64,000 nt of DNA from Cyanobacteria bacterium P01_D01_bin.156 (GTDB taxonomy: Bacteria > Cyanobacteriota > Cyanobacteriia > Phormidesmidales > Phormidesmidaceae). The stretch is taken from positions 1 through 64,000 of the forward strand of contig JBCCQQ010000023.1 of assembly GCA_039024555.1 (NCBI GenBank), written 5' to 3'. Positions 40,963 to 50,540 of the stretch are shown here, one piece after another (the first letter of the stretch is position 1; the number at the start of each line of letters is the position of its first letter). The position numbers were made by a program, and so were the translations under genes. A model generated the notes under the pieces. That model was not told the DNA's origin. It did no database searches and saw only the letters and a list, made by a program, of their open reading frames with translations.

Positions 40963-41802
40963 ATGCCAGAGTGGTTTACGGAATCAGATGTTCCAACAAA
41001 CGGCAGGAGTAGTATATCAATGATGGCAACACAACGGTTACAGGCACTGACAACTCAGGTGGCTCGCCAAGCACTGGCTCAAATTCGGTTGGTGGCAACG
41101 GATATGGATGGCACACTGACCCAGCATGAGCAATTTACCCCCAGCCTGCTATCCACGTTGGCCACCTTGCAGGCGGCCCAGATGCCGGTATTGATTACCA
41201 CGGGGCGTTCAGCGGGCTGGGTGAATGGCTTGCTGCATTATTTACCTGTAGAACTTGCGATCGCAGAAAATGGCGGTCTCTACTTCACCAAAACCAATCC
41301 CTATCCCACCTTTCTCCAGCCCATTGAACCAAACCATAGACAGTTGCTATTACAACAGTTTGAACGATTACGACAGCGCTATCCTCAGATCCAAGAGTCC
41401 AGTGACAATTCATTTCGCCTGACTGATTGGACGTTTGAGGTAACCGGGTTAAGCCTTGAAGACCTGCAGTGGATGACGGAAAACTGCCACGATCATGGTT
41501 GGGGGTTTACCTACAGTACGGTTCAATGTCACATCAAACCTTTACCTCAAGATAAGGCGAGTGGTCTGACTCAGGTGATCGCCCAGCAATATTCTGAACT
41601 CGGCCATCATCAGGTACTCACCGTCGGTGATAGTCCCAATGACGAAAGTATGTTTGATCCGGCGCAGTTTCCCACATCTGTGGGTGTGGCCAATGTACGC
41701 CACTATCTAGATATGCTGGCTCACCATCCCACATTTATTACCCAGGCTGAAGAGGGTAAAGGCTTTGAGGAGTTAGTGGCGGCGCTGCTTGCCACAGGTT
41801 AG
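40963..41802 (+). CDS. HAD-IIB family phosphatase (start may be ~41020)
   Basis: DMDGTLT, TTGRS, AENGG and GDSPNDESMF. Confidence 0.9.
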   Translation: MPEWFTESDVPTNGRSSISMMATQRLQALTTQVARQALAQIRLVATDMDGTLTQHEQFTPSLLSTLATLQAAQMPVLITTGRSAGWVNGLLHYLPVELAIAENGGLYFTKTNPYPTFLQPIEPNHRQLLLQQFERLRQRYPQIQESSDNSFRLTDWTFEVTGLSLEDLQWMTENCHDHGWGFTYSTVQCHIKPLPQDKASGLTQVIAQQYSELGHHQVLTVGDSPNDESMFDPAQFPTSVGVANVRHYLDMLAHHPTFITQAEEGKGFEELVAALLATG

Positions 41803-41854
41803 CCAAGGATAAGTTTTGAATTTTGAGTTTGGAATCGTCCGCGCCTATTAGACA

Positions 41855-42742
41855 ATGGAGCCTGACCGCACTGTCTTGGCCATGGTGGAAAATCTACAGA
41901 CGCGACGCTGGACTATTTCAAATGTACTCATGTGGATGGGCATTGCCATCACGCTGCTGTTTATTTTGATGGCCTTGTGTGCGCCGCTGATGCAGAGTTG
42001 GGGATGGATTCAGGACCCGCTTGTGACCTTGGAAAATCCCATCCATCAGCCACCTTCTGGACAGTATTGGTTTGGGACCAGCCGTCAGGGCTATGACGTT
42101 TTTTCGCGTACCTTGTTTGGGGCTCGGGCTGCGTGGCAGGTGGTGCTGCTAGCCACAGCCATCAGTGTAGTTATTGGTGTGCCTTTAGGCATGGTTAGCG
42201 GTTACCTAGGCGGTAAGCTGGACCGTGGCCTCCTGTTTTTTATGGATGCCATCTATACTTTGCCGGTGTTGTTGTTGGCGGTGACCCTCGCGTTTATCCT
42301 TGGCAAAGGGGTGGTGAATGCGGCGGCAGCTCTGAGTATTGCCTATGTCCCCCAATATTACCGGGTGGTGAGAAACCACACCGTAAGTTTAAAAACAGAG
42401 CTATTTGTAGAAGCAGCCCAGGCGATGGGCGCGTCCACCTGGGCGGTGCTGTCCCGGTATCTATTTTTGAACGTGGTGCAGAGCGTGCCGGTGCTGTTTA
42501 CCCTCAACACGGCTGATGCCGTTTTAATTTTGGGAGGGTTGGGGTTTCTGGGGCTGGGTTTACCGGATGAAGTGCCGGAATGGGGCAGTTCCCTGCGTCA
42601 GGCATTGGATGCACTGCCAACAGGTATCTGGTGGACCGCGTTGTTCCCTGGATTGGCGATTACGGGTATGGTGACCGGGCTATCACTGATTGGTGAGGGT
42701 TTAAATGATCTAGTTAATCCCTTACTACGTAAGGAAAATTAG
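41855..42742 (+). CDS. Peptide ABC transporter permease (DppC/OppC-like)
   Basis: WFGT..QGYDVFSR and FVEAAQAMGAS (EAA loop). Confidence 0.92.
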   Translation: MEPDRTVLAMVENLQTRRWTISNVLMWMGIAITLLFILMALCAPLMQSWGWIQDPLVTLENPIHQPPSGQYWFGTSRQGYDVFSRTLFGARAAWQVVLLATAISVVIGVPLGMVSGYLGGKLDRGLLFFMDAIYTLPVLLLAVTLAFILGKGVVNAAAALSIAYVPQYYRVVRNHTVSLKTELFVEAAQAMGASTWAVLSRYLFLNVVQSVPVLFTLNTADAVLILGGLGFLGLGLPDEVPEWGSSLRQALDALPTGIWWTALFPGLAITGMVTGLSLIGEGLNDLVNPLLRKEN

Positions 42743-42909
42743 GAATTTGCATAATTTTCCTATCCTTGGGTGTGACAAATGTCACCGTCAAGTCTCAGAT
42801 ATGACTCATTAAGCCTTAGGTATTCCTCAGGCTTGCATCAGATGGCTATTAGGCGAACGACGGATAGTGAGGTTAATTGTTAATTCGCTAGCCATTGGCA
42901 GCTATCACC

Positions 42910-43269
42910 ATGAAAAAGACACTCACCACACTTTTGATGACAGGACTAACCTCGGTTACGTTAGGTTCTGTATTAGCAGCGCCTGGTTCTGCTCAGCTGC
43001 TAGAGAATATTGGCATTGGTGCCGGTGCTGGCATTATCACCGGGACAGTTGTTGGCGATGATGCCGGGTTGGACGATGTGATTAACGGTGGTGCTGCGGG
43101 TGCTGCGGTTGAAGTGATTGGAGGAGAGACTTCTAGCGTTGCTGAAGATGCGGCCATTGGAGCAGCAACCGGTGCAGTTGTTGGAACAATTACCAACGAT
43201 GACTCTTTCCTTGAGAATGCAATTCAAGGCGGTGCAGCAGGCGCGTTGATCAACATTTTAGGAAATTAA
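42910..43269 (+). CDS. Small secreted Gly/Ala-rich glycine-zipper protein
   Basis: MKK signal peptide and repeated GAAAGA-type motifs. Confidence 0.75.
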   Translation: MKKTLTTLLMTGLTSVTLGSVLAAPGSAQLLENIGIGAGAGIITGTVVGDDAGLDDVINGGAAGAAVEVIGGETSSVAEDAAIGAATGAVVGTITNDDSFLENAIQGGAAGALINILGN

Positions 43270-43288
43270 TGTGACGTATGCGTGGTGA

Positions 43289-43322
43289 TTGGTAGGGGCA
43301 ATCGCCCGATTGCCCCTACCAA
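43289..43322. repeat. GTAG-type REP-like palindrome
   Basis: TTGGTAGGGGCAATCG-CC-CGATTGCCCCTACCAA, a perfect 16-bp stem between convergent genes. Confidence 0.75.
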
Positions 43323-43340
43323 CCCGCGACAATGTTCTCC

Positions 43341-44669
43341 TTAGGACGATTCAAGGCGTCTGCGCCATTCTTCATCAATTTTGTCGCGGTTGGCGATTTC
43401 TTGATCGATTAGGTCAGTTTCGCTGGTATAGGCAAGATTGTCTTTGCCAACAATGGTTTCAATAGCAAATTGTTTAGCGTAGTCCAGTTTCCGTTGTATC
43501 GTTTGACCCACCAACCGTTTTCGCTCGATATTGCGAGCTTCAATTTGTTTGTTCTGCTGTTGCATTCTGAAATAGCGCACAGCTGGAATACTGAGAAAAG
43601 CGAGACCGTAGGCTAAAAAGATGTCACAGAGAGAATAGATTAAGCCAACAAAACCAGTGGTCCATCCTGCTGCTGCTGACGCTAGATAAAGAGACCCGAC
43701 CACTAAGGCGATACCAAGACCAATGGCAATGGTGACCTGGTCAGAACTGGCGCTGGTAAACTTCCGTTTAGTCTCTTTTAGAAAAGCAGGAACCGACTGA
43801 GGTTTGTGGTCTTTAGCAGTGACCTGTAGTTCTGGAAAATAGTAGACTAAATCCCCTTCGGGGCTCACCTTGGGTCGACCATCAAAGCGACTCAGGGCCG
43901 GAAGCATATAGTCTTCTAGATCATCGTCCAGATTAGCGTTGTCAAGGTACGGGGCTAACTGCTCCGCTGTAACTGCGCCTCGATTGTTGCGGATAACCGT
44001 TGCGATCGCACCCCAGCGTTTCTCATCCAAGTTCTTATTGGGGTCGCCATCCCCAAACAAAAACGAATAGATCGATTCCAAAAAGTTGAGGTCGTGGCGG
44101 TTGCGATCGCGTCCGCCACCCGTATAACCATAGCGATCATACCGTCGGCGTGGACCGTAGCTAAACCAATAAAACCAATCATTACCAATCCACAGCCAAG
44201 GATTGAACATCATGCCGCCACCATAGCCGCGGTTATCATCATCCCGCTGAGACTGCATGCCAATTTGGATAGCGATAATCGCCGCAAATACTAGCACCAC
44301 CGCTAAAATCAGCATGAGGCCAAAAGAAATGCGAATTAGATAAAACAGCACCGCCCAGATTTTGGCCCAGGTTTCTTGCCACCGCAGCTGCCAATACTTA
44401 TTACGGAGCACCGACCGAAACTGTCGAGGGAACTCATAGGCAATGTCTCCCGTATCTGCCACCTGCATATGGGCTTGGGTAGCCGATGCCAGGGCCAGTA
44501 CCCCCGCTTCCGCCTGTGAGAGATTTAATCCAGTTTTTGCCGCTACATCACCTGCAGTTACCCGATATTCCAGGGTTTCCACTGCTTTCATGATGTCCTG
44601 ATTTAGCTCCATGGGTTCCTTTGTTGGGGCGCTCAGCGATATCCCCTTAGTATAGAGAGCCAAATTCAA
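43341..44669 (-). CDS. Conserved cyanobacterial/plastid-type membrane protein of unknown function (start may be 44612)
   Basis: YRVTAGDVAAKTGL, LIRISFG, NFLESIYSFLFGDGDPN and GDLVYYFPEL. Confidence 0.75.
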   Translation of the reverse strand: MNLALYTKGISLSAPTKEPMELNQDIMKAVETLEYRVTAGDVAAKTGLNLSQAEAGVLALASATQAHMQVADTGDIAYEFPRQFRSVLRNKYWQLRWQETWAKIWAVLFYLIRISFGLMLILAVVLVFAAIIAIQIGMQSQRDDDNRGYGGGMMFNPWLWIGNDWFYWFSYGPRRRYDRYGYTGGGRDRNRHDLNFLESIYSFLFGDGDPNKNLDEKRWGAIATVIRNNRGAVTAEQLAPYLDNANLDDDLEDYMLPALSRFDGRPKVSPEGDLVYYFPELQVTAKDHKPQSVPAFLKETKRKFTSASSDQVTIAIGLGIALVVGSLYLASAAAGWTTGFVGLIYSLCDIFLAYGLAFLSIPAVRYFRMQQQNKQIEARNIERKRLVGQTIQRKLDYAKQFAIETIVGKDNLAYTSETDLIDQEIANRDKIDEEWRRRLESS

Positions 44670-44738
44670 TATCGGCTATGGCGGTCCAGGTGTGGGTTTC
44701 ATGGCGCAAACCCAACCGCAGTTTGGACACTAACCTAA

Positions 44739-44775
44739 TAAAAAGGCTGAATGTACGTGACACCCAGCCTTTTTA
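44739..44775 (-). terminator. Terminator downstream of curT
   Basis: TAAAAAGGCTG / CAGCCTTTTTA. Confidence 0.7.
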
Positions 44776-44844
44776 GCACGTATTAAAATTGCTGAACTAA
44801 TAATTCCTCATGCTGCAGTAAGGAACTGATGCTGCAACGACCAA

Positions 44845-45225
44845 TCACTTATTGCCAGTAATTTGATCTTTGACATTCCCTAGGCTGCTGAGCAACTCGC
44901 TACGGTTGTTCGCCTTGAGTAGATAGCGATAGATAAACCAGCCAGTGTAGATCAAACCCACCAATTCCATGGTGGGTGCCAGTACTGGAATATCATTCAC
45001 AGCCGATAGAATGGCAAACACCACCTTGATAGTGATTAAAACGCCGAATACCAAACCAATTACCGTTAGGGGGCGCTTGTACTCATTAAAGGTCGCAACC
45101 ACATACTCGGGTGCATCCCCCAAGACACTGGCAATCTTAGCTAATATCTCTTTAGCCTGATCAGTGGGTTCAGTAGTGCCTTGAGTCGTTACGTTCTCTT
45201 CAGGGGAATTAATATCGGTGCTCAT
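44845..45225 (-). CDS. curT: CAAD-domain thylakoid curvature protein (CurT-like)
   Basis: AILSAVNDIPVLAPTMELVGLIYTGWFIYRYLLKA. Confidence 0.85.
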   Translation of the reverse strand: MSTDINSPEENVTTQGTTEPTDQAKEILAKIASVLGDAPEYVVATFNEYKRPLTVIGLVFGVLITIKVVFAILSAVNDIPVLAPTMELVGLIYTGWFIYRYLLKANNRSELLSSLGNVKDQITGNK

Positions 45226-45546
45226 CGTTATATGGGTATTAACAACCTAGGAGTATCAGTCCCTCGCTCGTCTGCCATGCGGCGGATCCGCCCAGTGGAC
45301 AGTTTTTGAAGCTAAACCACTGTGGTCCAGAGTGCAAGTTTCCAAGCGCATACGCGCTGGTCGCTGTTTAGCCAGAGGCCAATGCACTTTAAACAGTTTA
45401 TTCTGAGTTGATAGAAAAATAGTGTCTCGCAGCAACATATAGCCAATTCCAATCATTTTCCAGAAAACGTTGCAATTTAAGACTGCTTTGCCGTTAGAGA
45501 CAAATTACGTGACTACAATAAGGTTTACTGCATTTTCTACGGGCCT

Positions 45547-47232
45547 ATCGAAACCATTTACGGCGAGCTAAAGGGGCTAAAACCCAGTCAGCTCAAGCAA
45601 CTACGTCGGCTATATCACCAGCGAATTCCCGGTAGTCAGATCACTAACCGCGAGTTTGCCCAGCGTTTGGCGGCCATCAGTACAGACATTAACCAGGCCG
45701 TGTGTGCCTACATTGACCGTCGGGGCCACGTACTCCGGATTGGGGTGGGTTCCCCCAGGCAGACTCAAATTCCGACCCTGGAACTACCCCGTTACGGTGC
45801 CGAGCGTCTGTGTGGTATTCGCTGTATCGCCACCCAGCTCAAGCAAGAACAACCGGGGAACGCTGCCCTTACCGCCATGGCCCTACAGCGGCTAGATGCT
45901 CTAGTTTTGCTGACGCTGACCGGTAGTGGCTTTCAGCGAAAAGGAGGTGGAGCCACCGGATATATCCGAGAAGCTTATCTGGCTCATCTAGTGCCGGACG
46001 ACACCCAGCGCTGGTCAGTTTCTGAACCCATGGATTTAGAAACTCTCAGCGACGAAGACTTTATTGACCTCACAGAAGGTCTCGAAGAAGAATTCCGGCG
46101 ACTGTTTGTGGCTCAGCAAGTGGATGCTAGCCACGACCGGGTTCTACTGGTGGGACTGCAAACGGACAAGATCTCCACGCGACGTTTCAAAAGTGGTCTC
46201 GAAGAAATTGTGCGGTTGGTGGAAACCGCCGGAGGTGAAGTTTTAGAAACGCTGAAACAAAAGCGCTCAAAGCCCCATCCGCAAACAGTGTTAGGGGCAG
46301 GCAAGGTAGATGAGGTTGCCTTAGAAGCTCAAACCCTGGGAGCTAGCTTAGTGGTATTTGATCGGGATTTATCTCCGGCCCAGGTCCGCAGTTTGGAGCA
46401 GCGCATTGGGGTGCGAGTGGTAGATCGCACCGAGCTAATTTTAGATATTTTTGCCCAGCGAGCGCGTACGGGTGAGGGTAAGCTGCAGGTGGAGCTAGCC
46501 CAGCTAGAGTATCAGCTGCCCAAGTTAACCGGTCGTGGACAAGCCATGTCTCGACTAGGGGGTGGTATAGGTACCCGTGGCCCTGGTGAAACCAAGCTAG
46601 AAACAGAGCGCCGAGCGATCCAAAAACGGATTACGCGGCTGCAGCGAGAAGTCAATCAGCTGCAGGCCCATCGGGCGCGACTGCGCCAAAATCGTCAGCA
46701 TCATGAGGTGCCATCCATTGCGGTGGTGGGATACACTAATGCGGGTAAATCAACATTGTTGAACACTCTCACTAATGCAGATATTTATGCAGCGGATCAG
46801 TTGTTTGCCACCTTGGATCCAACAACAAAACGATTAGCTGTGGTCGATCCCGAAACCCATGAAAAACGGTCCATGGTGCTGACGGATACGGTGGGGTTTA
46901 TTCAAGACTTACCCCCCTCTCTGATGGATGCGTTTCGGGCCACATTAGAAGAAGTGACAGAAGCAGACGCGCTAATGCATGTGGTGGATTTATCCCATAC
47001 TGCATGGCAAGCACACATCCGTTCGGTAATGGGAATTTTAGGACAGATGCCAACAACGCCAGGGCCGATTCTGTTGGTATTTAATAAGTTGGATGCGGTG
47101 GATAGCGATACTCTTGCTGTGGCGAAGGATGAGTATCCACAAGCGTTGTTTATTTCGGCTGCACAGAAGCTGGGGCTTGAGACGTTACGGCAGCGGTTGG
47201 TGCAGTTAGTTGATTATGCTGTGGCCGGTTAA
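45547..47232 (+). CDS. hflX: GTPase HflX (long cyanobacterial form, probable ATC start)
   Basis: GGGIGTRGPGETKLE, GYTNAGKST, LFATLDPT, DTVGF and NKLD. The N-terminus IETIYGELKGLKPSQLKQL is in frame upstream of the ORF-track start (45667). Confidence 0.95.
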   Translation: METIYGELKGLKPSQLKQLRRLYHQRIPGSQITNREFAQRLAAISTDINQAVCAYIDRRGHVLRIGVGSPRQTQIPTLELPRYGAERLCGIRCIATQLKQEQPGNAALTAMALQRLDALVLLTLTGSGFQRKGGGATGYIREAYLAHLVPDDTQRWSVSEPMDLETLSDEDFIDLTEGLEEEFRRLFVAQQVDASHDRVLLVGLQTDKISTRRFKSGLEEIVRLVETAGGEVLETLKQKRSKPHPQTVLGAGKVDEVALEAQTLGASLVVFDRDLSPAQVRSLEQRIGVRVVDRTELILDIFAQRARTGEGKLQVELAQLEYQLPKLTGRGQAMSRLGGGIGTRGPGETKLETERRAIQKRITRLQREVNQLQAHRARLRQNRQHHEVPSIAVVGYTNAGKSTLLNTLTNADIYAADQLFATLDPTTKRLAVVDPETHEKRSMVLTDTVGFIQDLPPSLMDAFRATLEEVTEADALMHVVDLSHTAWQAHIRSVMGILGQMPTTPGPILLVFNKLDAVDSDTLAVAKDEYPQALFISAAQKLGLETLRQRLVQLVDYAVAG

Positions 47233-47262
47233 TCAGGTCTTGGTTAATTGCCAACATTCCTA

Positions 47263-47289
47263 GGGTGGGCACAAGGCACCACCCCTACA
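47263..47289 (-). repeat. GTAG-type REP-like element
   Basis: Minus strand reads TGTAGGGGTGGTGCCTTGTGCCCACCC. Confidence 0.6.
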
Positions 47290-47318
47290 ATTTTTTCAAT
47301 CTGCTGAACTTTGTCCGC

Positions 47319-47630
47319 TTAAACTCTAAAGGGTTCTGATGCTTCATCGAAGTGTAGGGGTAAGACACTTTCAATATTTTCAGTGGGGTGGGGCACGGTG
47401 TAGTGGGACGTTACTTTCCCATTATTGGGGCAGGCATTAGCCGCTTTTATGCCTGCTTCCATGGCTCTATCAACTTCAGCTACACGCCCTCGAATGGTGA
47501 CAAACTGACGTCCGCTATCGGCCTGGTTAATGCCTAAAAGGGAGACATTGCCTGCTTTAACCATGGCATCTGCCGCTGCTAGCGAAGCTGGAAATCCGTG
47601 GGTTTCGATTACGCCGATAGAGTAAAGCAT
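47319..47630 (-). CDS. ccmK: BMC-H carboxysome shell protein, CcmK3-like paralog
   Basis: GVIETHGFPASLAAADAMVKAG, IRGRVAEV and the CcmK C-terminal extension PTENIESVLPLHFDEASEPFR. Confidence 0.85.
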   Translation of the reverse strand: MLYSIGVIETHGFPASLAAADAMVKAGNVSLLGINQADSGRQFVTIRGRVAEVDRAMEAGIKAANACPNNGKVTSHYTVPHPTENIESVLPLHFDEASEPFRV

Positions 47631-47792
47631 AGGGTGGTGATTTTATTGTGAAGCTGCTTTTCTCAATATACCTGAGACCCGACACTCAATCCTTGGCACT
47701 TGATACCCAAGATTCGGATACCTATTTCACAGAGTTCAATTTCAAGCAATCTGGATAGAATAGCTAGACTACCAGTTCATTCATGGATTTCT

Positions 47793-48359
47793 ATGAGTCA
47801 AACTGCTGAGCGAGTTCGATGGACGATACGGGATTTAGAAGTATTGCCTCAAAGCGAAGGCACGCGATACGAACTAATTAATGGAGAGCTGTTTGTGACT
47901 CGTTCGCCCCATCGTCGGCATCAGCAGATCAGTGGCAAAATTTTTGCGGCTTTGGATGAGTGGTCAGAATCATCGGGTTTGGGAGAAGCAATTTTGGCAC
48001 CGGGGATTATTCCGTCAGATACGGATAATGTGATTCCTGATGTGGTGTGGATTAGTAAGCAGCGGTTGGCTGTATTGGAAGATGAGGCAGGACATCTTAC
48101 GGGTTTTCCTGAGCTGATTGTTGAGGTCTTGTCACCTGGTGACAATAATATTCGTCGAGACCGTGAGGCAAAGCTGAAGCTTTATTCAGTGCAGGGTGTT
48201 CAAGAGTATTGGATTGCGGATCGCTTTACGCAGCAGTTAGAGATTTATCGTCGGCAGCAGGGACAGTTAGCATTAGTTGAAACGCTGATAGCAACAGATG
48301 AAGTGACATCGCCACTGTTGCCAGATTTTACTTATTCCATTAGGCGTTTTTTGGGGTAA
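47793..48359 (+). CDS. Uma2 family endonuclease
   Basis: RYELINGEL, IPDVVW, PELIVEVLSPG and KLKLYSVQGVQEYWI. Confidence 0.92.
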   Translation: MSQTAERVRWTIRDLEVLPQSEGTRYELINGELFVTRSPHRRHQQISGKIFAALDEWSESSGLGEAILAPGIIPSDTDNVIPDVVWISKQRLAVLEDEAGHLTGFPELIVEVLSPGDNNIRRDREAKLKLYSVQGVQEYWIADRFTQQLEIYRRQQGQLALVETLIATDEVTSPLLPDFTYSIRRFLG

Positions 48360-48423
48360 TAAATCAGCAAGATAGGTTCAGAAAACTGGTTTTTTCTAAT
48401 GCTTATTCTGCATAGGACTACTC

Positions 48424-50433
48424 ATGACAAATAAGCAAATGACTAAGCAATATGAATTCTCTCTGAAAGTGAGAAACTATAAGTGCTTTGGCAAGTACCC
48501 GCAAGGGTTTGAACAGATAAAAACCTTGAATTTGATTCTAGGACGTAATAATACTGGTAAATCAAGCTTATTAGATCTTATTGAAGAGCTAAGTAAACTG
48601 AAGTTAGCTACAGAATATTTGAAAGATGCCTATCAAAACACTTCTGGAAACAACAACAGTCAAGATTTTAGTAAGATACGCCAAAATGCTCAGGAAATAA
48701 TTAGCATCCCAAATATCTTCCGACATGATAAAGCTGCACCAGAAATAATAATAGAAATTGCACTGAGAGAAGATTTTCTAAGACACCACTTTTCTGAGCA
48801 AAACGTAATCAATAATATAGATTTTGCTAAAGTCCTCTTTCCTGAGCAGTTCAATTCACCTGGTTCTTATAATCGCAGTGCTCGCCTAAATTATTGGGAT
48901 ATTGGCAAAAGTTACATCAACAGCAAAGCTTCCCTAAGATATAGGATAAATTTAAAGAGTGACTATGGGAATAGGTCTAAAGTTGAATCTCATAAAGAAT
49001 TAATTAATACATCTTTAGAAGGCAATCGAACTGATCCCTTAAAAAGATTATCACTCTTTTTGAAGAAAAACCCAAAACATACTCAATTTAGTGCCTATAA
49101 CAATGAATCTAAAAAGATAGAGAGTGCTCTATCTGAAAGTGCGTTAAAACAACTTGCTAATTTTTTTGATCCATTCGTCAATAAACAATTTAAGAGGATC
49201 TATCCAGACAGAAACATTTTGCCCGAAGAAGATAATATCTATGATTTAGATATATCGGGAGATGGTAGAGGTGTAACTAATATTATTCAAAACTTTTATA
49301 ATCGAGAAGATTTGGATAGGAATCTCATAGGAGACAGTATTCTAAACGATTTGAACCACATTTTCAGAGGTGATGCTGAGTTCCTGAACATCATACCAAG
49401 AAGAAAAACAGATGGAAAATGGGAAGTTGCACTTGAAGAGGAAAGAAAGGGAACTATTTCACTCTCTCAATCTGGAAGTTCTTTGAAAACTGTTATGATT
49501 CTTCTAGTTTATCTTCATTTAGTGCCAGTCATAGATCAGAAGAGTCTTTCTAGTTATGTCTTTTTAATTGAAGAGTTGGAAAATAATCTGCATCCATCTT
49601 TGCTCAGGAGACTTCTTATTTACATATCAGAGAAGGCTAACAAAGATGGTTGTATTTTCTTTATGGCGACTCACTCAAATGTTGCTATTGATATGTTCAG
49701 TAGTGATGAAAATGCACAAATCATACATGTAACTCACGATGCAAAATCTTCCAATGTAGAGATCGTCACCAGTCATCTTGATGGGCTTGCTATTCTAGAA
49801 GACCTGGGAATTCGAGCTAGCGATCTGTTGCAAGCAAATGGAATTATTTGGGTTGAGGGGCCTTCTGACGTTATTTATATTGAAAAATGGTTAGAAATGT
49901 ATGGTCAAGAGAATCAACTATCTCCTTTGGTTAGAGGGCTTCAGTATGAGTTTCAGATGTTTGGAGGAGCACTACTTGATAGCTTATGCCTTATCAAAAA
50001 TGGGAGTAGTGAAGAGGAAGAGTATAAAAAAATAGTATCTATGCTCAGTTTCAGTCGTAACGCTTTTGTTGTCATAGATAGTGATGCAGTTAAAAAGAAT
50101 ATAAAAGGGCAAGATAAAATTGTTGATAAATCTAAGTTTTCAGCAGCTAAAAAATATATTAAAAATCAATTTACTGAGCTAAGCAGGTATGGCCTTAATC
50201 TGGGAATTTGGTACAAAGCAGGAAATACAAAAATTAAAACACTAGAAGAATACCTTGACAAAGACACAATTGAAAATTTTGGCACTCAAGAGTTGAGCAA
50301 GAAGACGAAGAAAATATATGCCCAGATGGTTACACAAAGTTGGGATGAGACCAAAAGTCTTGATGATTTTCCCAATAATTTGAAAAGGGAAATTGAAAGC
50401 CTCTACCAAATGATCATGACGTGGAATCAGTAG
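48424..50433 (+). CDS. ABC-type ATPase fused to a TOPRIM nuclease (OLD-family-like)
   Basis: Walker A GRNNTGKS, SQSGSS signature, Walker B LIEELENNLHP, ATHS H-loop, TOPRIM WVEGPSD and DSD; AT-rich. Confidence 0.85.
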   Translation: MTNKQMTKQYEFSLKVRNYKCFGKYPQGFEQIKTLNLILGRNNTGKSSLLDLIEELSKLKLATEYLKDAYQNTSGNNNSQDFSKIRQNAQEIISIPNIFRHDKAAPEIIIEIALREDFLRHHFSEQNVINNIDFAKVLFPEQFNSPGSYNRSARLNYWDIGKSYINSKASLRYRINLKSDYGNRSKVESHKELINTSLEGNRTDPLKRLSLFLKKNPKHTQFSAYNNESKKIESALSESALKQLANFFDPFVNKQFKRIYPDRNILPEEDNIYDLDISGDGRGVTNIIQNFYNREDLDRNLIGDSILNDLNHIFRGDAEFLNIIPRRKTDGKWEVALEEERKGTISLSQSGSSLKTVMILLVYLHLVPVIDQKSLSSYVFLIEELENNLHPSLLRRLLIYISEKANKDGCIFFMATHSNVAIDMFSSDENAQIIHVTHDAKSSNVEIVTSHLDGLAILEDLGIRASDLLQANGIIWVEGPSDVIYIEKWLEMYGQENQLSPLVRGLQYEFQMFGGALLDSLCLIKNGSSEEEEYKKIVSMLSFSRNAFVVIDSDAVKKNIKGQDKIVDKSKFSAAKKYIKNQFTELSRYGLNLGIWYKAGNTKIKTLEEYLDKDTIENFGTQELSKKTKKIYAQMVTQSWDETKSLDDFPNNLKREIESLYQMIMTWNQ

Positions 50434-50540
50434 ATAACTAGGATGTGTTGCATACGCTTCTCAGAAAGAAGCTCATATTCCAAAACTTGAGTGGATTAGT
50501 AAGGTCTTGTCCACCAACACTTAATAACGTTTTATTGAGA

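Noticed and set aside
45256..45456. 66-aa ORF upstream of curT
   Set aside because: No motif or clear RBS; more likely UTR or promoter sequence.
48424..50433. Gabija or retron assignment
   Set aside because: No UvrD helicase, reverse transcriptase or msr-msd-like region is adjacent.
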